32,000 nt of DNA from Candidatus Lokiarchaeum ossiferum (GCA_025839675.1 CP104013.1:1650001-1682000), one strand, 5' to 3'; positions 1-8,383 are shown, counted from the stretch's first letter. A program made the numbers and translations. Notes: a model not told the origin generated them from the letters alone.

Positions 1-525
1 TTGAACTTTTCCATTATCGATTATTTTGATAGGTAACCCTTCTTTTGAAATTATTGCGAGAAATGTTGCGGAAGGAATCGCTCTCATTATTTTCACCATA
101 GGATCTTCAGTAATATAATCACTCGTTTCAACAAAAGCAGCAATTTTAAGCAATAAATTATCAAGAACTTTTTGATATTTTATAATACCTTCTAATTCTG
201 CGAGTTTTCGATTTAAAATTGCGGCAGCAGACACATCTTTAACAATAGCCATTAAAATAACATGATTTTCAACAGTTAAATAAGAAGAATTCAAATCATT
301 TTTTGCAATATGAGCAAAGAGACCTTTAGAGATATATTGAAAACTTGTAGCCGAGGCAATCAACTCATTCTCATTAAAATCTGTTAGTTCAGGTTTGAAT
401 TTAGTATAAATATTAGTAGCTATATCAGTTCCAACAGAAAATCCTTGAATTGCAACATTCTCCTTCATTGCCTCTTCGATTATTTTGGATATAGATTTAA
501 TTAATTCCTCATCATTATTGCTCAT
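1..525 (-). CDS. Tandem Roadblock/LC7 (MglB-like) domain protein. The 3' end is cut by the window edge.
   Basis: I translated the minus strand from ATG at 525..523 and it stays open to base 1 (175 codons). It reads MSNNDEELIKSISKIIEEAMKENVAIQGFSVGTD...LTVENHVILMAIVKDVSAAAILNRKLAELEG, then a second unit MVKIMRAIPSATFLAIISKEGLPIKIID. This fits the Roadblock/LC7 pattern (VxG..dG.. ..e...l....d..a.l.....lG). The ORF is not in the supplied track because it is partial. Confidence 0.6.
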   Translation of the reverse strand, partial: MSNNDEELIKSISKIIEEAMKENVAIQGFSVGTDIATNIYTKFKPELTDFNENELIASATSFQYISKGLFAHIAKNDLNSSYLTVENHVILMAIVKDVSAAAILNRKLAELEGIIKYQKVLDNLLLKIAAFVETSDYITEDPMVKIMRAIPSATFLAIISKEGLPIKIIDNGKVQ

Positions 526-673
526 AAATTTAAAAAAGCTTTCATACCCTAAAATGATTTCAGAAGAAAATTTAAAATTGCAAAAAAACGAAGATAAATT
601 ACAAAGAACATTTTGGTGAAATTGTATCGACGACCAAGAAAAAATCAAAAATCTGGAAAAGACCCTTCAAGCT

Positions 674-1183
674 TTGAATGAAGAAATGAATTTTTTGAAA
701 GCAGATCTTGATGATGCGGATGAAGAAGTAGAACGATTAGAGGAACGTTTGTTAGAATATGAAGCCAAGGATGGAATATTTCTATCCAAAGAGAAAGTGA
801 TGATAAAAATAAAAAAAATGCTTTCCCAAAGCCTTCACAGCATTAATATAACCACTCCCTCTATAATGGATTTGGAGAAATTGGATTTATTTGAAGTTTC
901 TTCATCCATCAGTATCAAAGCATCTTGTGAAGTCGATTTTTCCAATATCCAACACCAAGAAATTTTAGAAGATTTGGAAAACCTTGATAATATATCTATT
1001 CGATTATATTCAGATCAAGATCGATTCTGTGCATTAAGAGATGGGGAAGAATTACTTTTAGCTTCAGTTGGGGATGAATACGATCAACTTCTGTTTTTCC
1101 GCACAAGGGATGTGAAGCAAATTAAAATGTTTACTACTCTTGTAATGGAAGCGTGGGTAAAAGGGAAAAAAATCAATAAGTAA
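674..1183 (+). CDS. Hypothetical protein with an N-terminal acidic coiled coil and a C-terminal alpha/beta domain that faintly resembles a TrmB C-terminal domain.
   Basis: The track ORF starts at TTG 674, and ATG 686 (MNFLKADLDD) is an alternative. Heptad-like sequence LKADLDDADEEVERLEERLLEYEAK. The C-terminal pattern HSINITTPSI...ISIRLYSDQDRFCALRDGEELLLA...LLFFRTRDVKQIKMFTTLVMEAW was matched by eye only. The same frame is open upstream to ATG 554 except for one TGA at 617 (see findings). Confidence 0.5.
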   Translation: MNEEMNFLKADLDDADEEVERLEERLLEYEAKDGIFLSKEKVMIKIKKMLSQSLHSINITTPSIMDLEKLDLFEVSSSISIKASCEVDFSNIQHQEILEDLENLDNISIRLYSDQDRFCALRDGEELLLASVGDEYDQLLFFRTRDVKQIKMFTTLVMEAWVKGKKINK

Positions 1184-1187
1184 CAAA

Positions 1188-1793
1188 TTAAGAAATTTCT
1201 TTTTTTTTATGGAAAAGACGTTGAACTAATTTGGCTCGTTTTGTGTCAATATTAAAATCGATAAGATTCGCCTTTTTTAATTCATGGCAAGCACGTAAGA
1301 TCATGGCCCCTCCAATACCAGATGCAGATTTCAAATGATCTACAGTCATTTCTTCAGCATCCCCATGCAATAAATAAAGAACTTTGAAATGAGGTTGACT
1401 GGCATAAATTTCTTCGAATAAAGCTCTATAGATAGATAATGTTGCACGCATGTCGTCTAGAGAGATTTCTTCACTATCACTTGCGATTTTAGTAAATTTC
1501 TCCAATTCTTCTTTCACTTGGGCATATTCTAAAAGCAATTTATGTTGTTCATTGGTTAACCCAGATATTTCTTGTTCTTGTTTATTTGTTTTTTCCTGCA
1601 AAACACGTTTCTGGGATTCAAGATATTCTTTTTGAACTTCAAGTTCGATAAAATCATCGCGTGTTGCTGATATAATTCTATTTAATCCAGATAACAATCC
1701 AGTTATATTGGATTCCGCAGAATGTAAGATATCTAATGCAGCATCTAATTTTTCAATTCGATCTTCTTTTGGACTATCTAATGGTATTTCCAT
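1188..1793 (-). CDS. Hypothetical coiled-coil protein with a C-terminal winged-helix (MarR/ArsR-like) domain.
   Basis: 201-aa ORF. The central part is a Q/E/K-rich coiled coil (LEVQKEYLESQKRVLQEKTNKQEQEISGLTNEQHKLLLEYAQVKEELEKF). The C-terminus VLYLLHGDAEEMTVDHLKSASGIGGAMILRACHELKKANLIDF looks like a wHTH. Confidence 0.55.
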   Translation of the reverse strand: MEIPLDSPKEDRIEKLDAALDILHSAESNITGLLSGLNRIISATRDDFIELEVQKEYLESQKRVLQEKTNKQEQEISGLTNEQHKLLLEYAQVKEELEKFTKIASDSEEISLDDMRATLSIYRALFEEIYASQPHFKVLYLLHGDAEEMTVDHLKSASGIGGAMILRACHELKKANLIDFNIDTKRAKLVQRLFHKKKEIS

Positions 1794-1870
1794 CTTCTTA
1801 GATAATACTTCTCAATTAAAATATTTAAATTCTATCCAAATATGATGAAAGATTGACAAAAATGATGAAG

Positions 1871-2515
1871 TCAATTGCTAAAAAATTCGGAATATTTTTT
1901 ATTCTGAAATGATGTTGCAGGGCAACCAAGGCATGTACCATCTTTATACATCCCACAAAACAAACAATTCATCCCACAAGGAGTGTTTTTGTTTTCTTTC
2001 TGTTCTAAACTTAATTGCGGTATCGGGATAAAGCCCGGCTTTACATTAGATATTGAATTATAAACCTTATAGCTGCGAATCTGATCATCAGATTTAATCA
2101 CACTAGAAATAAAACAATTTACGTCACCGATCGACGGACAAATGATTTGGATAAGTATATTGTATTTACCTGATAATCGATCAACAAGACTAACACGAGG
2201 GCACAAGCGTGATTTTTCAATCAAGCGTCTTTCAGTTTCATAATCTTTGGTTTCAATCATAGCGTAAGCTGAAATCATTTTTAAAGCATTAATATGACAA
2301 TTAGCTTGAATTTTAATCATTTTTTCTTGAAGTTTTACGAGTCTTTTTTGAACACTAACATGAGACATGGATGGTTTCTTATTTTTAACTTGGGATTCAG
2401 AAGGTTTTTTAACAAATTGTAACATTTCTGCAAGTTTGGTTAATTTTTCTCTTCCATTTTGAAATAGAAAAGCAATGAGTTCTTCATCTACTTCATCAAG
2501 TTGCTCGTTTTTCAT
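1871..2515 (-). CDS. Lrp/AsnC-family transcriptional regulator with an extra C-terminal cysteine cluster.
   Basis: N-terminal HTH (DEVDEELIAFLFQNGREKLTKLAEML ... SHVSVQKRLVKLQEKMI) carrying an inserted basic loop. An AsnC/RAM-like middle region follows (ISAYAMIETKDYETERRLIEKSRLCPRVSLVDRLSGKYNILIQIICPSIGDVNCFISSV). The C-terminal motif is CGMNCLFCGMYKDGTCLGCPAT. The gene is divergent from glnA. Confidence 0.75.
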   Translation of the reverse strand: MKNEQLDEVDEELIAFLFQNGREKLTKLAEMLQFVKKPSESQVKNKKPSMSHVSVQKRLVKLQEKMIKIQANCHINALKMISAYAMIETKDYETERRLIEKSRLCPRVSLVDRLSGKYNILIQIICPSIGDVNCFISSVIKSDDQIRSYKVYNSISNVKPGFIPIPQLSLEQKENKNTPCGMNCLFCGMYKDGTCLGCPATSFQNKKYSEFFSN

Positions 2516-2553
2516 AATTCAGTCTTACACTTTTTTATATTATTTCAAATTGT

Positions 2554-2563
2554 AACTGCAGTT
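2554..2563. promoter_or_regulatory. Perfect 10-bp palindrome AACTGCAGTT in the lrp-glnA divergent spacer. Candidate operator.
   Basis: Read directly from the sequence. It is self-complementary and embedded in tGTAACTGCAGTTcaa. It shares the GTAAC half-site with the inverted repeat at 2607..2621. Confidence 0.3.
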
Positions 2564-2606
2564 CAATCTTAAAAAAATTTGAGATTCTTTTTTTTTGAAT
2601 AATTTG

Positions 2607-2621
2607 GTTACAAAACGTAAC
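2607..2621. promoter_or_regulatory. Inverted repeat GTTAC-N5-GTAAC in the lrp-glnA spacer. Candidate operator.
   Basis: The sequence ggGTTACaaaacGTAACtt has perfect 5-bp arms and a 5-nt spacer. It lies about 155 nt upstream of glnA ATG 2776. Confidence 0.3.
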
Positions 2622-2740
2622 TTATTTTTGATGAGTATAACAAATTGAAGTCAAAATTGATAAACAGTTATTATTTGTAGATTTTGTTAGCGGTTTTTGG
2701 GAGATTTAAGGTAATTTAAATAGGATTTTTATTTTCAAAG

Positions 2741-2748
2741 ATATATAA
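2741..2748 (+). promoter_or_regulatory. TATA-box-like element upstream of glnA.
   Basis: ATATATAA lies 28-35 nt upstream of ATG 2776. This spacing fits an archaeal box A with a leaderless or very short-leader mRNA. GAGGT at 2763..2767 could alternatively serve as an SD. Confidence 0.35.
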
Positions 2749-2775
2749 CACTTTTTTTAAGTGAGGTATGTATCA

Positions 2776-4137
2776 ATGCAGTATAATCAAGATAAAAAAC
2801 AAAAAATTGCGGAAATTTTAAAGTCTGTTAAAGAAAAAAAAATTAAATTTTGTTTGTTACAATTTGTAGATATTGAAGGAACGCTAAAATCTATTGGTAT
2901 TAATTCCAATCGGTTAGAAGACGTCTTATATTTTGGAGAAGGTTTTGATGGATCTTCAATATCAGGATATGGTCGATTAGAAGAATCAGATATGGTAGCA
3001 GTTCCTGATCCTCAAACTTTTTCAATAATACCATGGAGAGAAAATGAACCCGATGGAAGGTTTATTTGTGATATTTATAATCCAGATGGAACCCGTTATG
3101 AAGGAGATCCGAGATATATTTTACAAAGAGCTGCAGAAAAGGCGGAAGAGATGGGTTTTCAGATGAAAGCAGCACCAGAACTTGAGTTCTTTTTACTTAA
3201 GAAAGAAAAAAATGGTTTTGGATCAGAAGTCCTAGCAACTGATTATCGTGGTTATTTTTCCGCGGATGGTTCCCATGAAGATCACTATATCCGAAGAGAA
3301 ATTGCATTGATTGCAGATCAATTTCCTTTTGTCGGATGTGAAACGGTTCATCACGAAGTCGCTCAATCACAACACGAAATCTCAATTCGATACGATGATG
3401 TCCGGAAAATTGCTGATGCAACGATGACTATGAAGATGGTAGTAAAAGCAGTAGCTGCAAAGCATGGATATATTGCGACTTTTATGCCTAAACCATGGAA
3501 AGGTCATAATGGGTCTGGAATGCATGTTCACCAAAGTCTATGGGATTTAAAAGGCAATAACGTATTTTATGATGAAAATGATCCAAACGGGAAAATAAGC
3601 AACATTCTGCGATATTTCATAGGTGGTCAACTAAAACACGCTCATTCCATGACAGCAATCTTAAATTCATGGCCCAATAGTTTCAAACGATTAATTCCAG
3701 GATTTGAAGCACCCACATTAATCTCTTGGGGATTTAAAAATCGGTCAATGCTCATTCGAGTTCCAAATTTCTTCAATAAAGGAAAAGCAGCACGATGTGA
3801 AATTCGAAGTCCAGATGGTGCGGGAAATATCTATTTACAATTAGCAGCCTTGTTAAATGCGGGGTTAGATGGAATTAAATATAAAATTGATCCACCTGCA
3901 CCGGTTGAAATCAACTTGTTTCATACAACAAAAGAAGAACGAGAAAAATTGGGGATCAAAGAGCTTCCTGAAAGTTTAGGTGAAGCGTTAAGTCATATGA
4001 CTCATTCGACTTTTACAAGAGAAATGTTGGGTGAAATTGCATATGAAGCATTTTATGATTCCAAACGCAAAGAAAATGATCTCTACAACCAAATTGTCTC
4101 AAATTGGGAATTACTTAGATATTCTGACAAATTATAG
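2776..4137 (+). CDS. glnA: Glutamine synthetase, type I.
   Basis: Full-length match to the GS-I pattern: KFCLLQFVDIEGTLKS, GFDGSSISGY, PELEFFLL, HHEVAQSQHEISIRY, ATFMPKP, GSGMHVHQSLW, NSFKRLIPGFEAP, WGFKNRSMLIRVP, EIRSPDGAGNIYL. The track ORF starts at GTG 2761, but I prefer ATG 2776 (MQYNQDK). Confidence 0.95.
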   Translation: MQYNQDKKQKIAEILKSVKEKKIKFCLLQFVDIEGTLKSIGINSNRLEDVLYFGEGFDGSSISGYGRLEESDMVAVPDPQTFSIIPWRENEPDGRFICDIYNPDGTRYEGDPRYILQRAAEKAEEMGFQMKAAPELEFFLLKKEKNGFGSEVLATDYRGYFSADGSHEDHYIRREIALIADQFPFVGCETVHHEVAQSQHEISIRYDDVRKIADATMTMKMVVKAVAAKHGYIATFMPKPWKGHNGSGMHVHQSLWDLKGNNVFYDENDPNGKISNILRYFIGGQLKHAHSMTAILNSWPNSFKRLIPGFEAPTLISWGFKNRSMLIRVPNFFNKGKAARCEIRSPDGAGNIYLQLAALLNAGLDGIKYKIDPPAPVEINLFHTTKEEREKLGIKELPESLGEALSHMTHSTFTREMLGEIAYEAFYDSKRKENDLYNQIVSNWELLRYSDKL

Positions 4138-4164
4138 TTTATCAATCTATATAATTGCTTTGAT

Positions 4165-4490
4165 TTATTCCATATCTTTTTTATTTCTTTCTTTAAGCAC
4201 TTTACAAGGTTTTTCTGCCGCAAAAACATCGGAGGGATGTTTCTAACCACAACAGAACCAGCGCCAATAACAAAATTATCACCTATGGAAACTCCATAAC
4301 AGATGATTACACTTCCTTCAATCCAAACATTATTTCCAATATTAATTGGATGAACTGCTTCTTTCCCAGTTAATGTTTCATGTGGATCAATTGAATGTGT
4401 GGCAGCATATATTTGAACATTTGGCACCATTAACACATTTTTACCTGTAGTTACCTTATTCACATCCAAGATAATACAACTATGATTACA
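4165..4490 (-). pseudogene. Decayed maltose/galactoside O-acetyltransferase-like (left-handed beta-helix, hexapeptide) gene. It is truncated at the N-terminus and frameshifted near the C-terminus.
   Basis: The ORF reads CNHSCIILDVNKVTTGKNVLMVPNVQIYAATHSIDPHE...PINIGNNVWIEGSVIICYGVSIGDNFVIGAGSVVVRNIPP, matching the C-terminal two-thirds of Maa/LacA-type acetyltransferases. An in-frame TAA lies immediately upstream (4493..4491). After ...NIPP the family ending continues only in the +1 frame (DVFAAEKPCKVLKERNKKDME*, stop at 4167..4165). This implies a 1-nt deletion near 4230. The annotated frame instead runs on into the 3' end of glnA. Confidence 0.7.
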
Positions 4491-4627
4491 TTATTCAAAA
4501 TTTTTAATAAAATCTGGGAAATCGAGAATATCAAACAGAGCGTGATAAAAAACACAATACTGGAGATTTCTATAGAAAAATCCCTAAATCTTTTTAGGTT
4601 GAGTTATCAATTATGATTTAGGCTAAA

Positions 4628-4987
4628 ATGAGAATCTTGTTAATTGACAATGATTTAGAATTATTAGATGAAATGAGCCAGATAATTCTAAATATGGATC
4701 CCATGCACGATATCACGATTTGCCATTCAAGTTTCGAAGCACTTCAAAAATTTCGTAAGAATAAATACGATATCGTTATCACTGAGGTTTACCTCCAAGG
4801 TGGAATTCCTGGAAATGAATTAATTGAATCAGCACCCAAAAAAAGTTTTAAAGTAGGAATGGCCGAAGTTTTGGAAAATCCTCAAATTCGCGGACCTTTT
4901 AATCGTTTCCTTCTTAAGCCTATTAAAGAAAAAGCTTTGAAGGAAACACTCGTGAATGCAAAGTATAATAAACAGTATGTAATCTAA
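4628..4987 (+). CDS. Stand-alone receiver (CheY-like) domain protein that lacks the phospho-acceptor Asp.
   Basis: REC pattern MRILLIDNDLELLDEM...YDIVITEVYLQGGIPGNELIE...FLLKPI. Glu replaces the conserved Asp at the end of beta3 (ITEVYL versus the usual LLDxxMP). The conserved Lys-Pro is retained. Confidence 0.7.
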   Translation: MRILLIDNDLELLDEMSQIILNMDPMHDITICHSSFEALQKFRKNKYDIVITEVYLQGGIPGNELIESAPKKSFKVGMAEVLENPQIRGPFNRFLLKPIKEKALKETLVNAKYNKQYVI

Positions 4988-5005
4988 ATTTTTTAACTTA
5001 AATTC

Positions 5006-5013
5006 TTTTTTTT
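5006..5013 (+). terminator. Oligo-T tract (T8) downstream of the receiver gene. Candidate archaeal terminator.
   Basis: A T8 run begins 19 nt after the stop at 4987. Archaeal termination commonly uses oligo-T. Confidence 0.3.
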
Positions 5014-5085
5014 CCTTAAGCGACAAATAATTGCTTTTTTATTGAAACATGATTTAGTTTATTTTTATGTTTTGATGTGAATTTA

Positions 5086-6603
5086 ATGCAAAAAAAAGGA
5101 TTTGACAATAAGAAATACTTGGAAGAACAATCAGAAGCAATTCTTAAACGAGCGAAAAAATTTGGTAACAAACTCTATTTAGAGTTTGGAGGGAAACTAT
5201 CAAATGATTTACACGCAGCAAGAGTTCTTCCTGGTTTTGATCCGAATGTTAAAATTAAATTACTCCAAAAATTAGCGGACAAATGTGAAATAATTATATG
5301 CATTTACAGTGGAGACATTGAACGTAAAAAGATCAGACAAGATTTTGGTTTGGCTTATGACACCCAAATTTTGCGAGATATTGATGATCTTCATGCATAC
5401 GGATTAACAGTCCGAGGAGTAGTGATAACTCGATATAAAGATCAACCAGTTGTGGATATCTTTAAAACCAAATTACAAAGAAGAGGAATTAAAGTATTCA
5501 CCCACCATCCAATTCCAGGATATCCCAATGATGTAGACATAATAACGAGCCAAAAAGGTTATGGGAAAAATGAATTTATACAAACTGAAAGACCAATTGT
5601 TGTTGTCACGGCTCCAGGAGGAGGATCAGGTAAATTAGGAACTTGTTTATCTCAAGTGTATCATGAAAATCTGAATGGGAGTCAAGCTGGTTATGCAAAA
5701 TTTGAAACATTTCCAATTTGGAATCTGCCATTAAATCACCCAGTCAATATTGCATATGAAGCAAGCACAGCAGATCTTGGAGATATTAATGAAATTGATT
5801 ATTTCCATTTAGAAACTTACAAAAAAACAGCAATTAATTACAATAGAGATATTGAAATCTTCCCAGTAGTTAAGAAAATTTTGGTAAAAATAATGGGAAA
5901 TGACAAAGTCTATCAGTCTCCAACAGATATGGGTGTTAATCGAGCAGGATTTGCAATTATTGATGATATAATTTGCCAAGAAGCAGCAATTCAAGAAGTA
6001 ATTAGGAGATATTTTAAATACTCATGTGAGTATGTAGTAGGAAACGCAAATAAAAAAACTATGAAACGCATTGAACAAATAATGCTCGGAAAACTTGATT
6101 TACACGCCCATGATCGTAAAGTGGTAACCCCAGCAAGGAATACAGCTAAATTATCAGAAGAACAACACAAAGGACATGATGGAATCTATGTAGGTGCAGC
6201 ATTGGAACTTAAAGATGGAAATATAATTTGTGGGAATAATTCGTCTTTAATGCATGCTTCTTCTGCAATAATATTAAATGCCATTAAATTTTTATCAGAT
6301 ATCCCCATGAAAATTGATCTAATATCTAGAAATGTATTAGATTCAATTAGGAAAATGAAAATTGATATCTTGAATACAGATAAAGTAAGTCTAAATTTAG
6401 AAGAAACACTAATCGCCCTCAGCATTAGTGCAACTGCAAATCCAACTGCTGAGATTGCAATGGATTCTTTGAAACAATTACGAGGATGCGAAATGCATAT
6501 GACCCACATAGCATCACCAGGAGATGAGATAGGACTAAGAAGATTAGGAATTAATTTAACGAGTGATCCTCAATTTGCAAGCAAAAATCTATTTGTTAGT
6601 TGA
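5086..6603 (+). CDS. DUF1846 / UPF0371 family protein.
   Basis: About 505 aa with the family-typical N-terminus MQKKGFDNKKYLEEQSEAILKRAKKFGNKLYLEFGGKL..DLHAARVLPGFDPNVKIKLLQKL. I prefer ATG 5086 over the track's GTG 5077. Confidence 0.75.
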   Translation: MQKKGFDNKKYLEEQSEAILKRAKKFGNKLYLEFGGKLSNDLHAARVLPGFDPNVKIKLLQKLADKCEIIICIYSGDIERKKIRQDFGLAYDTQILRDIDDLHAYGLTVRGVVITRYKDQPVVDIFKTKLQRRGIKVFTHHPIPGYPNDVDIITSQKGYGKNEFIQTERPIVVVTAPGGGSGKLGTCLSQVYHENLNGSQAGYAKFETFPIWNLPLNHPVNIAYEASTADLGDINEIDYFHLETYKKTAINYNRDIEIFPVVKKILVKIMGNDKVYQSPTDMGVNRAGFAIIDDIICQEAAIQEVIRRYFKYSCEYVVGNANKKTMKRIEQIMLGKLDLHAHDRKVVTPARNTAKLSEEQHKGHDGIYVGAALELKDGNIICGNNSSLMHASSAIILNAIKFLSDIPMKIDLISRNVLDSIRKMKIDILNTDKVSLNLEETLIALSISATANPTAEIAMDSLKQLRGCEMHMTHIASPGDEIGLRRLGINLTSDPQFASKNLFVS

Positions 6604-6718
6604 AAATAACATATCATTATTAATAATAAATTGACAAAAGCTCTTCTAAGGAAGTTTATTTGTCATAAAAATTCTTCTTAACAATGAAATTTTTTTGCGA
6701 TGGTGCGTACATAGTTAC

Positions 6719-8383
6719 ATGCCCAAGTTTGTTTTCGTAACTGGCGGAGTAATGAGCGGAATTGGAAAAGGTGTCACCACAGCATCCATTGGGAAGTTGT
6801 GTCAATTTCGTGGTTTTAAAGTATCTGCCTTGAAGATAGATCCTTATTTAAATGTAGATCCCGGAACTTTAAACCCTGTTGAACATGGAGAATGTTTTAT
6901 CACTGATCAAGTGTGGAAATATAATCCAATTGGAGATACTACGAATAATCCATTTACATCAACCAAAATTGCAGAATTAGACCAAGATTTTGGAACTTAT
7001 GAACGATTTTTAGGTGATCCAATTCATCCAAGCCACAATATCACTTCTGGTCAAATATATTTTGAAACAATTTTAAAAGAACGTAAAGGTGATTATTTAG
7101 GAAAAACAGTACAAATTATTCCCCATTGTACTAATATGATTAAAGAAAGAATACAAAATATTGCGAAAGATGAAAATTTGGATGTTTTGATTATAGAATG
7201 TGGAGGAACTGTAGGAGATGTGGAATCAGTCATATTTTTAGAAGCGTTTCGTCAACTTCGTTTAGAACTCCCTGAAGAAGATACTGCATTAGTTCATGTA
7301 ACGCTAGTACCCTATTCAAAGGCCGTTGGAGAATTAAAAAGTAAACCAACTCAACATTCAGTTAAAGAGCTACAAAGTGCTGGTTTACAACCTGATTTCT
7401 TAATCTGTCGATCTGAAATTAATATGTACGAGGCAATCAAAGCAAAAATTTCTTTGTTTTCAAATGTTAAAAAAGAACATGTTATTGCAAACCCTGACTT
7501 AAAAAGTATTTATCAACTGCCGTTAATTTTTGAGCAACAAGGATTTGGAGATCTCCTCGGAGAAAATTTAGACCTTAAGACAAGATTAGTTGAAAATAAT
7601 ACTTATTCAGAATGGGTTGAGATGACCAATTTATTTGTGAATAAATATACAAAAACTTTGAGAATAGCAATGCCAGGTAAATACGTGGACAATAAAGATT
7701 CGTACGTATCAATTAATCATGCCCTTGCCCATTCTTGTGCTCACGAAAAAGTTAATTTGGAAATAGTTTTTGTTGATACCGAAAAAGATAATTTCGATGA
7801 TGATTTGAATTCTTGCGATGGGATTTTGTTAACTCCGGGTTTCGGGACGCGAGGAGTTGAAGGAATGATTCACTCGGCAGAATTTGCAATGGATAACAAA
7901 ATTCCTTATTTGGGAATTTGTTTTGGAGCCCAGCTATTTTATGTTGCATTTATGCGATCCAGAATGGGAATTGAAAGTGCCCAGTCAACAGAAATTGATC
8001 CAAATGCAATTGAACCTGTTGTTTCTATGATGGATGAACAACAAAAAATAGTGAACATTGGCGGAACTATGCGATTGGGAGGTCATTCAATAATCATTGA
8101 TAAAGATACCAAATTGTATGAAGCCTATCAACAAACAAAAATTACAGAAAGATTTCGACATCGATATCATATTAATGAAAAATATGCGACAGCTGAGGCA
8201 AAAAACAAAGGGATTCGTATTTCAGCATATGATGAAACAAGAAAAATTGTGAATGCAATAGAACTAACAGGAGATCATTGGATGGTTGGAGTACAATGCC
8301 ATCCCGAATACACTTCTCGCCCCTTTAAGCCTTCACCAATTTATCATGCTTTTATAAAAGCAATTTTAAAAAATAAAGCATAA
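6719..8383 (+). CDS. pyrG: CTP synthase.
   Basis: MPKFVFVTGGVMSGIGKGV, DPYLNVDPGT, GDYLGKTVQIIPH, ECGGTVGDVES, TLVPY...GELKSKPTQHSVKEL. The GATase part has GICFGAQL (nucleophile Cys), RHRYHIN and QCHPEYTSRP. I prefer ATG 6719 over the track's start at 6695. Confidence 0.95.
   Translation: MPKFVFVTGGVMSGIGKGVTTASIGKLCQFRGFKVSALKIDPYLNVDPGTLNPVEHGECFITDQVWKYNPIGDTTNNPFTSTKIAELDQDFGTYERFLGDPIHPSHNITSGQIYFETILKERKGDYLGKTVQIIPHCTNMIKERIQNIAKDENLDVLIIECGGTVGDVESVIFLEAFRQLRLELPEEDTALVHVTLVPYSKAVGELKSKPTQHSVKELQSAGLQPDFLICRSEINMYEAIKAKISLFSNVKKEHVIANPDLKSIYQLPLIFEQQGFGDLLGENLDLKTRLVENNTYSEWVEMTNLFVNKYTKTLRIAMPGKYVDNKDSYVSINHALAHSCAHEKVNLEIVFVDTEKDNFDDDLNSCDGILLTPGFGTRGVEGMIHSAEFAMDNKIPYLGICFGAQLFYVAFMRSRMGIESAQSTEIDPNAIEPVVSMMDEQQKIVNIGGTMRLGGHSIIIDKDTKLYEAYQQTKITERFRHRYHINEKYATAEAKNKGIRISAYDETRKIVNAIELTGDHWMVGVQCHPEYTSRPFKPSPIYHAFIKAILKNKA

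Noticed and set aside
617-619. The in-frame TGA was considered as a selenocysteine codon or as evidence of an alternative genetic code.
   Set aside because: I could not see a convincing stem-loop immediately downstream. No other gene in the window needs TGA to be read as sense.
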